In this document: in pieces, positions 19,411 through 31,827 of the stretch
How positions within the stretch are numbered: position 1 is the stretch's first letter
Layout: every line of letters begins with the position of its first letter
From: Alphaproteobacteria bacterium
GTDB lineage: Bacteria > Pseudomonadota > Alphaproteobacteria > RF32 > CAG-239
Assembly: GCA_017939155.1 (NCBI GenBank)
Contig: JAGAZZ010000021.1
Span: 40,204-104,203, forward strand
Direction of reading: 5' to 3'
DNA length: 64,000 bases
The notes under the pieces: model-generated
The model's database searches: none
Told to the model about the DNA's origin: nothing
The model's input: the letters and a program-made list of their open reading frames with translations, nothing else
Program-made: the position numbers and the translations under genes

Positions 19411-20456
19411 TATACGTTAACAAAAAAAAGGAAAGATACAAAAAAATAAAAATCTTAAGCTTGATTTTGTGCGTTTTTTTCATTTTTGCCATCAATATCT
19501 CTTGCTTCAAAAAATCGATTCACACGCCCGCTCAAAGCTTAACACAATACCAAACCTTAAAAATATCGCAAAACTGGTATAACAACGCCCAAACCGCCAC
19601 AGTTTTTACAAACAAAAAAAGCTCTCAAGCCGTTATCGTTATACCCGCAACATTAAATAAAGAGAATTTTCTCATCACTGCCGCGGCACTCTATAAAACC
19701 CTGACACCAAACACAGAGCTTTCTTTCACGAAAGATGTCAAACAACCTGAACTCCTCAAAAAAATAGTTGAAGCCTTGCCGCTTAAATCTTCTGAAAAAA
19801 CAAACAAAACCCTCCTTATCACAACTGACTTCAAGCAAGCCGAGCCCCTTATTTTCACCCACAAACTCTATCCGCACATCATAAACTATAAACAAGCTCA
19901 AAAACAAGAAATCCTGCAACCTTTATTAAACGCAACTTTTCCCAAACCCATCCCCCCTCAAACTCCGCTTGACAAAGACAAACTCGCCTTAAAAACTTTT
20001 GCTAAAGATTATGCCAAAAACCTCAAAAACATCCTATCATCAAAAAAGACCTTGGCATTTTCCGCACAAAATCTCTTCCTGCAAAACGCCAGAATATGTC
20101 TGCAAAACAAAGACAAAACTACCTGTCGCACCTCGTCTGAACTTTCTTTGGAAAAAAATTTAACCAAAGCCTTAAGCAGTTTTTCCAAACAAAATCCCCC
20201 TCAAAAATTAATTTTCTTAACCTCTGAACAAAAATTAGAAACTCCCGAACAACTAAAGCCAGACGAGGGATTGCGTTTTAATTTCGGCTCAAAAGAAACG
20301 ATTTTACTCCCCAAACAAATATCTGCTCTGGCAAATCCGACAAAAGCGTTCTATATATTAAAAAAACACGCTGGTCTGAATCCAAACTACGTTTCACCGG
20401 ATATGAACTTTTACAAATTCAAAACAATGGAGATAAACTTAAATGACGACATATAA
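19404..20456 (+). CDS. Membrane-anchored protein with C-terminal AMMECR1-like region
   Basis: N-terminal TM segment; C-terminus LKPDEGL..LLP..F..LKKHAGLNP.Y.S..FYKFKT resembles the AMMECR1 C-terminus. Confidence 0.55.
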   Translation: MLIYVNKKKERYKKIKILSLILCVFFIFAINISCFKKSIHTPAQSLTQYQTLKISQNWYNNAQTATVFTNKKSSQAVIVIPATLNKENFLITAAALYKTLTPNTELSFTKDVKQPELLKKIVEALPLKSSEKTNKTLLITTDFKQAEPLIFTHKLYPHIINYKQAQKQEILQPLLNATFPKPIPPQTPLDKDKLALKTFAKDYAKNLKNILSSKKTLAFSAQNLFLQNARICLQNKDKTTCRTSSELSLEKNLTKALSSFSKQNPPQKLIFLTSEQKLETPEQLKPDEGLRFNFGSKETILLPKQISALANPTKAFYILKKHAGLNPNYVSPDMNFYKFKTMEINLNDDI

Positions 20457-22164
20457 CGGCTACGAATTAAATTACTCAATCGAGGAATTAAAAAAGATGA
20501 CCACCGAGGAAATGACGGATGTAACACTTCTCTCAGAAGACGCGCCCGCCTATAAAGCGCTGGAGGAAGGAGATAAAAAAGCCTTAAAACATCTCGTCGC
20601 CGCAGCCAAAATTCTCAACAATGTCGCTCTAAAGCAAGACAATCCGCACAATATTGCGCAAAAAGAAGCGCTTGAAAAAGCCGTCCAAGCCGGCGATGAA
20701 CACGCAACTCTTGCGCTGAAATTATTTAATTCTCTAAACGGCGTATCCGGCTTAAACGGCATAGACCCTGAACCGATTAATATTTTCAAAAACCTCACCA
20801 CCCCAAAAGGAAAAAACTTCTATCCGGCAGACTTAAGCGAGCAAGAATTTCATAACATTTTATTGCAAATGTTCAAAGACAATCAAATTGCAGAAATCAA
20901 AAAAATTCTCTCCGCCCGCACCATGGTCGTTCGCGATGGTAATAAATTAAAAGCCATTGATTACACCGAGTATTTCAAAGACGAGTTCTCAGAAATGGCC
21001 AACGAGCTTGAAGTTGCCGCCCATTACAGCACTAACGCCTTATTCAAAGAATATCTTTCATGGCAAGCTCAGGCGCTTCTCCAAAACAATGAAGATATGG
21101 ATATGCTGGCAGACAAGCATTGGGCAATGATGCAGGACACGCCTCTTGAATTTACCTTAAGCCGTGAGAACTATGACGACGAAATGACTTCAACCGTTCT
21201 CGAAAACCCCGAGCTGGCAACCTTAATCAAACAGCATAACATCGAAGTCATTGCCAAAGATATGTTAGGCGCGCGCGCCGGTATCGTTAACAAGCAGGGT
21301 ACAAAACTTCTTTTAGAGTTCAAAGACACAATGCCCAAACTGTGCAAAATGATGCCTTATGCCGATAAATACGAACAAAACATCAAAGCCGATTCGGATG
21401 TTAAACAAACAATGGTTGATGTCGATTTAGTCTGCTTAAGCGGAGATTATGCCCAATGCCGTGGCGGAATGACTCTTGCTCAAAATCTGCCCAATAATGA
21501 TAAACTTGCCATCAAAACCGGTGGCGGTAGAAGAAACGTTTATCATCGCCAAGTACGGCAAAGCAAAGATGACGAGCGCACAAAGAAAATGTTAGACGCA
21601 TTTTTAGCTCCTGAATTTCACAAATACTACAATCCCGAAGCCGACCATATTTTCGTCATCGGTCACGAAAACGGACACTCTTTAGGTCCGAGCAGTGAAT
21701 ACCAAAATTCCCCCGGTATCTGCAAATCCATTATTGAAGAAAACAAAGCTGACACGGTCTCAATCTCTTTTATGCCCGAATATGTCAAACAAAACATCAT
21801 TACCGCCGAGCAATTAAAAGAAGTATACACCACTTGGATTTTCCGTCTGCTTTTGCGTGCAAAACCGGTATTTCCGACCGAAACCTATAAAATTATTGAT
21901 TTAATAGAGTTCAACACGCTCCTAAAACACGGCGCCATAACTTTTGATGAAAATAAATTAATCCATATAGACTTTGATAAAGTAAGCCCCGCCGCCTATG
22001 AAATTTTAACCAAAGTTATAGACATTCAGCTTTCAAAATCTCCCGAAAAAGCCCGTCAATACATCACCGAAAACACCTCTTGGACTGAGTTGCACGAATA
22101 TATCGCCGCAACCCACAAGAAACTCGGCTTAAAGAAATATAAAAATATTGTAAGTTTCTTTTAA
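20443..22164 (+). CDS. Peptidase M49 (dipeptidyl peptidase III-like)
   Basis: GKNFYPADL, AQNLPN, HENGHSLGP, EENKAD. Confidence 0.85.
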   Translation: MTTYNGYELNYSIEELKKMTTEEMTDVTLLSEDAPAYKALEEGDKKALKHLVAAAKILNNVALKQDNPHNIAQKEALEKAVQAGDEHATLALKLFNSLNGVSGLNGIDPEPINIFKNLTTPKGKNFYPADLSEQEFHNILLQMFKDNQIAEIKKILSARTMVVRDGNKLKAIDYTEYFKDEFSEMANELEVAAHYSTNALFKEYLSWQAQALLQNNEDMDMLADKHWAMMQDTPLEFTLSRENYDDEMTSTVLENPELATLIKQHNIEVIAKDMLGARAGIVNKQGTKLLLEFKDTMPKLCKMMPYADKYEQNIKADSDVKQTMVDVDLVCLSGDYAQCRGGMTLAQNLPNNDKLAIKTGGGRRNVYHRQVRQSKDDERTKKMLDAFLAPEFHKYYNPEADHIFVIGHENGHSLGPSSEYQNSPGICKSIIEENKADTVSISFMPEYVKQNIITAEQLKEVYTTWIFRLLLRAKPVFPTETYKIIDLIEFNTLLKHGAITFDENKLIHIDFDKVSPAAYEILTKVIDIQLSKSPEKARQYITENTSWTELHEYIAATHKKLGLKKYKNIVSFF

Positions 22165-22224
22165 AAAAGGTTGCAAATAAAACTAACTACGATACAAAAG
22201 AATTAATACTTTAGGAGAACTAAT

Positions 22225-22599
22225 ATGTTTGGACGCTTTTTCTACGGACAATGCTCGTTACGCGAAGCTTTTTGGAAATTCTCTATCTTAGGCTTGCTCG
22301 TTACAGGAGCTTTAGCCAGACTTTCAATGATACTATTAAAGCAAACGGCAAATTATGACCCAAGATTTTTCAGAATTCTGTTAAACAATCTTTCCATTCT
22401 CAATATGAACACAACTGTTGTAATTTGGCTCTGCCTCTATATCACAACATTTTTGGCTCTTGTTGCCTATTCTCTTCTTTGTATTGGCGGAATGTGGAAC
22501 ACTTATAAAGAATATGAAAAAAGCAAAATTCTGGCTTTCATCTGTTTATCATTGGTTTGTATTACCGCCTATTTTGCAATAAAAGCATCAATTTATTAA
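22225..22599 (+). CDS. Hypothetical membrane protein
   Basis: 124 aa, three TM segments, AGGAG SD. Confidence 0.75.
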   Translation: MFGRFFYGQCSLREAFWKFSILGLLVTGALARLSMILLKQTANYDPRFFRILLNNLSILNMNTTVVIWLCLYITTFLALVAYSLLCIGGMWNTYKEYEKSKILAFICLSLVCITAYFAIKASIY

Positions 22600-22709
22600 A
22601 AAAAACTTCAAGTCCGGTTAATCCGGACTTTTTTTAATCAAAAATCAGGGGATAACCCCCGTTTTTTGATAAATTTTGCTTGGTAAAATCTAACGATGTG
22701 TTATAGTAA

Positions 22710-25187
<2,478 letters not shown>

Positions 25188-25329
25188 TCTAAAAGGAATA
25201 AAAACTAAACTATCACTCAAAAGTCAGACAAATAAAAAATCATCCCGTGATTAATTTGTCTGACTTTTTTAAATAGTTATTAGTTCCATCTTTAATATAA
25301 AATTGTCAGGCTCAGCCAAAGGAAATAAA

Positions 25330-26202
25330 ATGAAGCAAAATAAAAATCATTATTTTTTCTGTCTTATGTGCATTTTGTTATCTCAAAGTTTGATAATTGC
25401 TACCAATCCCCTGCAAGGAAAAACTCTTTTTTCCACGGCACAAGCCAAAACAATCACTAATATCTATGATACATTTTATGATGAAATAAACATAACTCCA
25501 AACGCTATGATGGAATTTAGCAATTTAAGTCGGCAAGACATTCTTTCTTATCGTATTTCTGCCGTTAATAACTCGCCCATATTCCAAACATTGACCAACT
25601 ACGCCCCATCCCCTAACGTCTATCAAATAGAAAATAACAAACCTTGGATTGGCGCACACGAAATCTCTTGTTCAGGTCACATTACCGGAAAAGGCGCTTC
25701 CCGGGAAAGTATCGGCATTTTAAACCCTGAACTGCTTTACTACATAGCTCCTGAAAGCTATGCCTTCGAGCAAAAAAGCGGCTGTTCATCGGTTGATTAT
25801 CTTGAGCCGACAAGAATAACCTACTCTCCTTCGCAAAATCTAATAACGGCATATATCAACTATAGCGCTTTTTACACTAAAAATGGAACACAATGGATTT
25901 ATATACGAGATGCAAATGCCAGAGATTTTGGGTATAATTACGCCTATGCAGACCAAACAGACAATATTCACTTTAATCGCCCCCAAAACCTTTCTACCGA
26001 AGCCGTAAAAACGCGAGGATTTTACCATAAAGGAAATGCCTGTAAAGTAAGCGGCGGCTGTAATAACTACTCTCCTTTTGAAGATAGATATTTTTTCTCA
26101 ATTAACCAAATACCCGCCGCCGTAAACATAAAACTTTGGAAGGATTCTCCCAGTAACCTTACCAATCCAGCAGACATAACTTTCCGTTTTATTTTTGAAT
26201 AG
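25330..26202 (+). CDS. Hypothetical exported protein
   Basis: Signal-like N-terminus from ATG 25330; Cys motif CKVSGGCNNYSP. Confidence 0.7.
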   Translation: MKQNKNHYFFCLMCILLSQSLIIATNPLQGKTLFSTAQAKTITNIYDTFYDEINITPNAMMEFSNLSRQDILSYRISAVNNSPIFQTLTNYAPSPNVYQIENNKPWIGAHEISCSGHITGKGASRESIGILNPELLYYIAPESYAFEQKSGCSSVDYLEPTRITYSPSQNLITAYINYSAFYTKNGTQWIYIRDANARDFGYNYAYADQTDNIHFNRPQNLSTEAVKTRGFYHKGNACKVSGGCNNYSPFEDRYFFSINQIPAAVNIKLWKDSPSNLTNPADITFRFIFE

Positions 26203-26212
26203 ATGTTGATTT

Positions 26213-26926
26213 CTACACCCTCACCTCAAAAACTTCAAAAATCTGCCCTAAATATGCCAACAACTTTTCATCTTCCACCAAAGCCAACGCCTGCGCTTCA
26301 TTAGAAACCAAATCATTGGGAATTTTACGATATTTTTGCAGGTAATATTCCTTAACGCCCATATTTTTAAGCGAGTCGCCCATTTTATAAATATCTTCAA
26401 CGCTCAAAAACCGCGGGTCACACGTTGTTCTACACTCAAACTTCTTGCCGGAGTCTATCAACATCCGCAAGCTTTCTAAAACCTTATCCAAGTCAGCCGC
26501 TCCGCAGGTCAGTTCTTTATAGCGTTCAGCCTCAAACGGCGCCTTAATATCAAAACCAACCCAGTCAACCAACGGCAAAACCTCGGCAAAACGCTGAGGC
26601 AAATATCCTCCCGTATGAAGTCCTATTTCATACCCTAACGCTTTAACTTCACGCACGGCGTCAACCAGTCCGGCTTGCACCAAAGGTTCACCTCCTGAAA
26701 AGACCACCGCGTCAAGAATTCCTTTCCGTTGCTTTAGAAAATCAACAAACTTATGCCAAACAATATTCGTTTCAGCATTCACATCTTGCAACTGGGTATT
26801 ATGGCAAAAAGGACAACGCCAAGGACATCCCTGCATAAAGACAACAGCAGACATCCGGTTAGGAAAATCGACGATACTGAATTTCTCAATACCGCCGATT
26901 CTAATAGTGCTCACTAAACAGCCCAC
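26213..26926 (-). CDS. nrdG: Anaerobic ribonucleotide reductase activating radical-SAM protein
   Basis: CPWRCPFCHN, SGGEP; downstream of nrdD. Confidence 0.92.
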   Translation of the reverse strand: MGCLVSTIRIGGIEKFSIVDFPNRMSAVVFMQGCPWRCPFCHNTQLQDVNAETNIVWHKFVDFLKQRKGILDAVVFSGGEPLVQAGLVDAVREVKALGYEIGLHTGGYLPQRFAEVLPLVDWVGFDIKAPFEAERYKELTCGAADLDKVLESLRMLIDSGKKFECRTTCDPRFLSVEDIYKMGDSLKNMGVKEYYLQKYRKIPNDLVSNEAQALALVEDEKLLAYLGQIFEVFEVRV

Positions 26927-26950
26927 TAACTAATAAGTTAAACTTAAAGC

Positions 26951-27184
26951 CTATTCAGCAGCCAAAGACAAAGCTTCCTCAGTCTTGCAAACGCACTCGC
27001 GAGATTCACATCCCATAACAGCCTTATCTTCGCAGAAGCAAAGTCTTGAATTGAATTCACCCTTTTTGCCAACGTTAAATTCTGTCGTAGGTCTGATATA
27101 TCCCATAACACGAGTATACACTTCGCAGCGCTGTCTTTCAGAATCGTCCAATTTTACATCTTCAATATTAATAATATTGCTCAT
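26951..27184 (-). CDS. Stand-alone glycyl-radical domain of class III RNR
   Basis: CEVYTRVMGYIRP...FNVGKKGEF is the NrdD C-terminal glycyl-radical motif. Confidence 0.9.
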   Translation of the reverse strand: MSNIINIEDVKLDDSERQRCEVYTRVMGYIRPTTEFNVGKKGEFNSRLCFCEDKAVMGCESRECVCKTEEALSLAAE

Positions 27185-27212
27185 ATTTCTCCCTTTCATA
27201 AACTATTATATA

Positions 27213-29273
27213 TTACACTACTTCTTGCATTTTTGCAAGGTTTTTTAATTTCTCTGCCTTTTTTTCTTTATCACAAATCGGGCAGAACTCGTGTTCTCCG
27301 GCGATATACCCGTGTTTCGGGCAAACTGAGAACGTTGGGGTAATCGTGATATACGGTAAGCGATAGTTCGCTAAAACCTTCTTAACGAAATCACGACAAA
27401 CTTTTGCAGATGAAATACGCTGATTCATATAAAGATGCAGCACGGTTCCACCTGTATATTTAGATTGCAATTTTGCTTGCAAATCCAAAGCTTCAAACGG
27501 GTCATCGGTATAACCGACCGGCAACTGCGAAGAGTTTGTATAAAACGGTGCATCTGCAGTCCCTGCTTGAATAATACCGACATAGCGTTTTTTATCTTCT
27601 CTGGCAAATCTTGTGGTAGCTCCCTCAGCTGGAGTCGCTTCCAAATTATACATATGCCCTGTTTCTTCTTGAAATTTAACCAAGCGGTCACGGACAAAAT
27701 CAAGAAATCTCTCAGCAAAAGCCTGTCCCCAAGTATCGGCGATATGATGTTCATCATTAGTAAAGTTTCTAATCATTTCATTCATACCATTCACGCCAAT
27801 CGTTGAGAAGTGGTTTCTCAAAGTCCCTAAATATCTCTTGGTAAACGGGAACAATCCGTTATCAATCAGACGCTGAATAACTTTTCTCTTAATCTCTAAA
27901 GACGTGCGGGCAATGTTCATCAGTTCATCAACACGGGCAAACAATCCGGCTTCATTGCCTTTATAAACATACCCCAGTCTTGCACAGTTAATCGTAACCA
28001 CGCCAACCGACCCTGTCTGCTCAGCCGAACCAAACAAACCGTTACCACGCGCCAGCAACTCTCTTAAGTCAAGTTGTAAACGGCAGCACATTGAACGAAT
28101 TTGTCCCGGCTTCAACGAAGAATTAAGGAAATTTTGGAAATAAGGCAAACCATATTTCGCCGTCATTTCAAACAATAATTCCGTATTTTTATCTTCCCAC
28201 GGGAAATCCCAAGTCATATTATAAGTCGGAATCGGGAAAGTAAACGGCCGCCCCATAACATCACCACCCATCATCACATTGATATAGGCTTTGTTAATCA
28301 TCGCCATTTCTTCGCTTAAATCACCGTAGGTGAAATCCTGCTCAACACCGGCAATAATCGGATGTTGCTCACGCAAATCTTCCGGACATACCCAGTCAAA
28401 CGTAAAGTTTGTAAACGGAGTCTGTGAACCCCAGCGGGAAGGAACGTTCAAATTGTAAATCAATTCCTGCATACTCTGCTCAACTTGCTCGTATGTCAGC
28501 TTGTCTTTGCGAATATACGGCGCTAAATAAGTATCAACTGAAGAAAAAGCTTGTGCGCCGGCCCATTCGTTTTGCAAAGTTCCCATAAAGTTTACCATCT
28601 GCCCAACAGCAGAGCTTAAATGCTTCGGAGCACCGGCTTCAACTTTTCCCGGAACACCGTTAAAACCTTCACGCAACAAGTTTTTCAACGACCAACCTGC
28701 GCAATATGCCGCAAGCATACTCAAATCGTGAATATGAATATCGCCATTTCTGTGCGCTTCACCAACTTCTGCCGGATAAACGTGCGATAACCAATAGTTT
28801 GCCGTAACTTTACCCGAAACGTTAAGAATCAAACCGCCGTTTGAATACCCTTGGTTAGCGTTTTCTTTAATACGCCAGTCCAAATTCTCCAAATACTCGT
28901 TGATAGAACTTTCAACGTCAATCACAGTCTTACCGTCACCGCGCATTCTGTTTCTTTTATCACGATACAAAATATAAGACTTTGCCGTGTTAAAATAGTT
29001 TGCAGAAATCAAAACCTGCTCAACCACATCTTGTATATCTTCAACCGAAGGAAGCGATTCGTCAAACTTGTGAGATAAAATTTTCATCACCTGAGCTGTC
29101 AAAAGCCACGCATCATCACCGCCAAATTCTGAAGTAATTTCCCCTGCACGCAAAATGGCGTTATAAATTTTCTCTCCATCAAAATCGGCAAGCGTTCCAT
29201 CTCTTTTTGTTATACTTTTAAACGGCATTTTATATTTTTTCGCCGTTGGCATTTGCAACTCGTTATTAGCCAT
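27213..29273 (-). CDS. nrdD: Anaerobic (class III) ribonucleoside-triphosphate reductase, catalytic part
   Basis: ATP cone (KRDG), HIHDL, RSMCCRL, EATPAEG, CPKHG..CPIC; lacks the RxxGY motif. Confidence 0.95.
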   Translation of the reverse strand: MANNELQMPTAKKYKMPFKSITKRDGTLADFDGEKIYNAILRAGEITSEFGGDDAWLLTAQVMKILSHKFDESLPSVEDIQDVVEQVLISANYFNTAKSYILYRDKRNRMRGDGKTVIDVESSINEYLENLDWRIKENANQGYSNGGLILNVSGKVTANYWLSHVYPAEVGEAHRNGDIHIHDLSMLAAYCAGWSLKNLLREGFNGVPGKVEAGAPKHLSSAVGQMVNFMGTLQNEWAGAQAFSSVDTYLAPYIRKDKLTYEQVEQSMQELIYNLNVPSRWGSQTPFTNFTFDWVCPEDLREQHPIIAGVEQDFTYGDLSEEMAMINKAYINVMMGGDVMGRPFTFPIPTYNMTWDFPWEDKNTELLFEMTAKYGLPYFQNFLNSSLKPGQIRSMCCRLQLDLRELLARGNGLFGSAEQTGSVGVVTINCARLGYVYKGNEAGLFARVDELMNIARTSLEIKRKVIQRLIDNGLFPFTKRYLGTLRNHFSTIGVNGMNEMIRNFTNDEHHIADTWGQAFAERFLDFVRDRLVKFQEETGHMYNLEATPAEGATTRFAREDKKRYVGIIQAGTADAPFYTNSSQLPVGYTDDPFEALDLQAKLQSKYTGGTVLHLYMNQRISSAKVCRDFVKKVLANYRLPYITITPTFSVCPKHGYIAGEHEFCPICDKEKKAEKLKNLAKMQEVV

Positions 29274-29333
29274 TTTTTTATTAATCCCTTCTCTCTTTTT
29301 TATAAATTAATTTAAGTTTCTCTGAAACGCACC

Positions 29334-29381
29334 CTACTATATATTGATTAAAAAAGCGTAAACAACCACAACATATAGTAG
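29334..29381. promoter_or_regulatory. Tandem NrdR boxes
   Basis: ctactatatattgatt (29334-29349) and ccacaacatatagtag (29366-29381), 32 bp apart, upstream of nrdD; both fit acaCwAtATaTwGtgt. Confidence 0.8.
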
Positions 29382-29675
29382 AAAAACTTTTCAAGCCCCC
29401 TTTTTCGGTAACTGGAGTTATCCTAAAAAAAACTCCCCTTTTTTACAAGGGAGCCCTCCTTTCTTTTTATCCGATTCACAGTATCATATTAATATTAAAA
29501 TGATTTTTTTTTTTAAACGGGTGAATACAGCCCCCCTCAAATTTAAAATCCTTTTACTAACAACTTTTAAATATTTTTTTACCCTTTCTTTCCTATTCTT
29601 TTTAAATATAAATATTGACCTCATTTTCAGCCGCTTATATGATACTCGGCGGATAAAGATTTATGGAGATTAGCT

Positions 29676-30344
29676 TTGCAAAAAACAATAATATGGGACT
29701 TAGATAACACACTTTATTTTGAAACAGATGAATACAAACACAAACTGGATGAAGCAACGGCAGCCGCCGCAATTAACGAACTCGGTTTGCCGCTTGATTT
29801 TCAAACGGCTACTAAAAAAGTAAAAGAATCATACGCGACCTATCGTGACGGGCTGGAAATCTTTGCTCGTGAATATGGTATTCCGCATAAAGATTTATAC
29901 ATTTCCTACCATAATTACAAAAAAAAGCTCGTTTCAACAATCAAACCCTACGATGGTCTGCTTGAAAAGCTCCAAACAATAAATTGTCCGCAATATGTCT
30001 TTTCCACTTCCTCTAAAGACATCTGCGAACAAATACTCAAACATATCGGACTTTATGATTTCTTTAAAGGGCGATTCTATTCTGTGGAAGATTTTAACGT
30101 CTACAAGAAAAACGAAAGTTCCGAAGTTTATCAAAAAGTATGTGAACAAATTAACACCAAACCCGAAGACTGTATTTTTATTGATGACAGTTACTCAAAC
30201 TTAGATTTTGCTAAGCAAATCGGCATGGGCACAATCAGAATATACTACAAAAACAACTCCACCAAAGATATGAAATTTATAGATAAAGCCTACAAAGGCA
30301 TTTATGAATGTATTGACGGCTTAAAAAAAGATTACGGCTGTTAA
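29676..30344 (+). CDS. HAD-family hydrolase (pyrimidine 5'-nucleotidase-like)
   Basis: WDLDNTLY, FIDDS..NL..AK.IGM. Confidence 0.88.
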   Translation: MQKTIIWDLDNTLYFETDEYKHKLDEATAAAAINELGLPLDFQTATKKVKESYATYRDGLEIFAREYGIPHKDLYISYHNYKKKLVSTIKPYDGLLEKLQTINCPQYVFSTSSKDICEQILKHIGLYDFFKGRFYSVEDFNVYKKNESSEVYQKVCEQINTKPEDCIFIDDSYSNLDFAKQIGMGTIRIYYKNNSTKDMKFIDKAYKGIYECIDGLKKDYGC

Positions 30345-30371
30345 AAAAAGGCGGAGTCTCCGCCTTTTTTT
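30343..30371. terminator. Bidirectional terminator
   Basis: aaaaaaaggcggag-t-ctccgccttttttt between convergent genes. Confidence 0.8.
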
Positions 30372-30390
30372 ATACTTTTTCTTAAACACC

Positions 30391-31107
30391 CTATTCAGCT
30401 TTAGCCTCGTCCATTTTTTGGCACAGCAGATTCTCCATCATATAATTTTCAAGCGAATCAAGTTTCATCTGTTCTGTTTCCACTTCCGTATGCCACGCGT
30501 CAACTTTTTTCTGAATTGTTTTAAGATAAGCCTCATTAAGCGCTTTCGCCGTTTCTTGCGCATTTTGCGGTAAAGCCACACGCACGCCAATCTTGCCAAA
30601 CAACTCCTCTGTTTCTTGTTTTAATATCGGTAAAAAATAATCCAGCGCCTCAATATAAATTTGCACGTGCGTCTTTTCATGACGAACCGCCAAATCATAC
30701 TGGCAAGTTCCTTCCGCTAAACCTTTCAAAATATAAATCGTCGGCATATAATATTCCAACCGCACATCAATTTTTTCCGGATAAAGACAAACATAACCTT
30801 TGCTAACCTCAATCTGCCCCACGGTTAAATTAAAATCAAATATATCCCGAACCTTTGTCAACCCGATAGGCGTAAATTCTTTAGGCATACTTTCGCCCGC
30901 ATCCCTAAATTTTTTTTCTGTTTCCTGACGCAAAAACGTCTCATCTTTATCATAGCGATAGCGCAACTTCCCGTATGCTGAGCTGACAACAACTTCCGGC
31001 GCCTTAATAAAACTAAGGCACTCCTTCTCATATTCCTCAAGCGAATCACAAAAAGCAGGCTTTGTCACAAAAAAGCTCAAAATTAATGCAAAAAAAACTT
31101 TTTTCAT
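30391..31107 (-). CDS. Hypothetical exported protein
   Basis: Signal peptide; HExxH-like HEKTH. Confidence 0.75.
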   Translation of the reverse strand: MKKVFFALILSFFVTKPAFCDSLEEYEKECLSFIKAPEVVVSSAYGKLRYRYDKDETFLRQETEKKFRDAGESMPKEFTPIGLTKVRDIFDFNLTVGQIEVSKGYVCLYPEKIDVRLEYYMPTIYILKGLAEGTCQYDLAVRHEKTHVQIYIEALDYFLPILKQETEELFGKIGVRVALPQNAQETAKALNEAYLKTIQKKVDAWHTEVETEQMKLDSLENYMMENLLCQKMDEAKAE

Positions 31108-31148
31108 CTATAATATTCCTCAAATAAAGATATTGCCTCGGAGGACCT

Positions 31149-31823
31149 ATGAAATATTTTTACATAAGTTGTTTGCTCTTGTCCAGTTTTTTTACATATA
31201 AAACTTTGTCTGCAAAAGACAATTACGCTCAATATGCTTTTTTTATGCCCAAAGGCGCTTTTGAACAAAATACCACACTAGATGACATCGAGTCGATGCG
31301 CCCGCGTCAGCCCAAACCGACTCAAACCTGGCAAGACACCGAGCAAACACAAGAAGAAACACCCGCCCCCCAAATAACTCTCCCCTATGTCAAAAAGAAA
31401 ATCAAAATACAAAAAGAAATTGCCGATAATAAAGTAAAAGAGGAAACACCGCAAGTTTCCGCCACCACTCCCCCAAACATCACTCTGGAAAAACCGGAAC
31501 AAACAGCAAAACCGACACCTCTAGCCATATCGCCGGAGCTTCTTGAAAAATTAAACAAATATTCGCTTGAAGATACACCACTTGAAAAAGCAGAAATTAC
31601 CCCCCCGGCTCAAATATCAAAACCAATCCCGCAAAAGAGTCTTGCGCAAATGCTGTCTGATGTTCCTTATCCGAACCCGTCTTTACCTAAGTTCCAACAA
31701 GCCTACGCCTCTTATGTAATGGATTTGCGAATTTTTAACCGCCGCGGCAAACTTCCTGTCAATACCACGCAAGAAAAAACTTTGCAAAAAGCTAATTCGA
31801 TTCGCCGCTTTGACGTCAAATAA
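31149..31823 (+). CDS. Hypothetical exported protein with Pro/Thr/Glu-rich linker
   Basis: GGAGG SD; signal-like N-terminus. Confidence 0.7.
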   Translation: MKYFYISCLLLSSFFTYKTLSAKDNYAQYAFFMPKGAFEQNTTLDDIESMRPRQPKPTQTWQDTEQTQEETPAPQITLPYVKKKIKIQKEIADNKVKEETPQVSATTPPNITLEKPEQTAKPTPLAISPELLEKLNKYSLEDTPLEKAEITPPAQISKPIPQKSLAQMLSDVPYPNPSLPKFQQAYASYVMDLRIFNRRGKLPVNTTQEKTLQKANSIRRFDVK

Positions 31824-31827
31824 TCTT

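Noticed and set aside
29385-29640. Possible riboswitch upstream of nrdD
   Set aside because: No recognisable cobalamin or other riboswitch core; the NrdR boxes already explain regulation.
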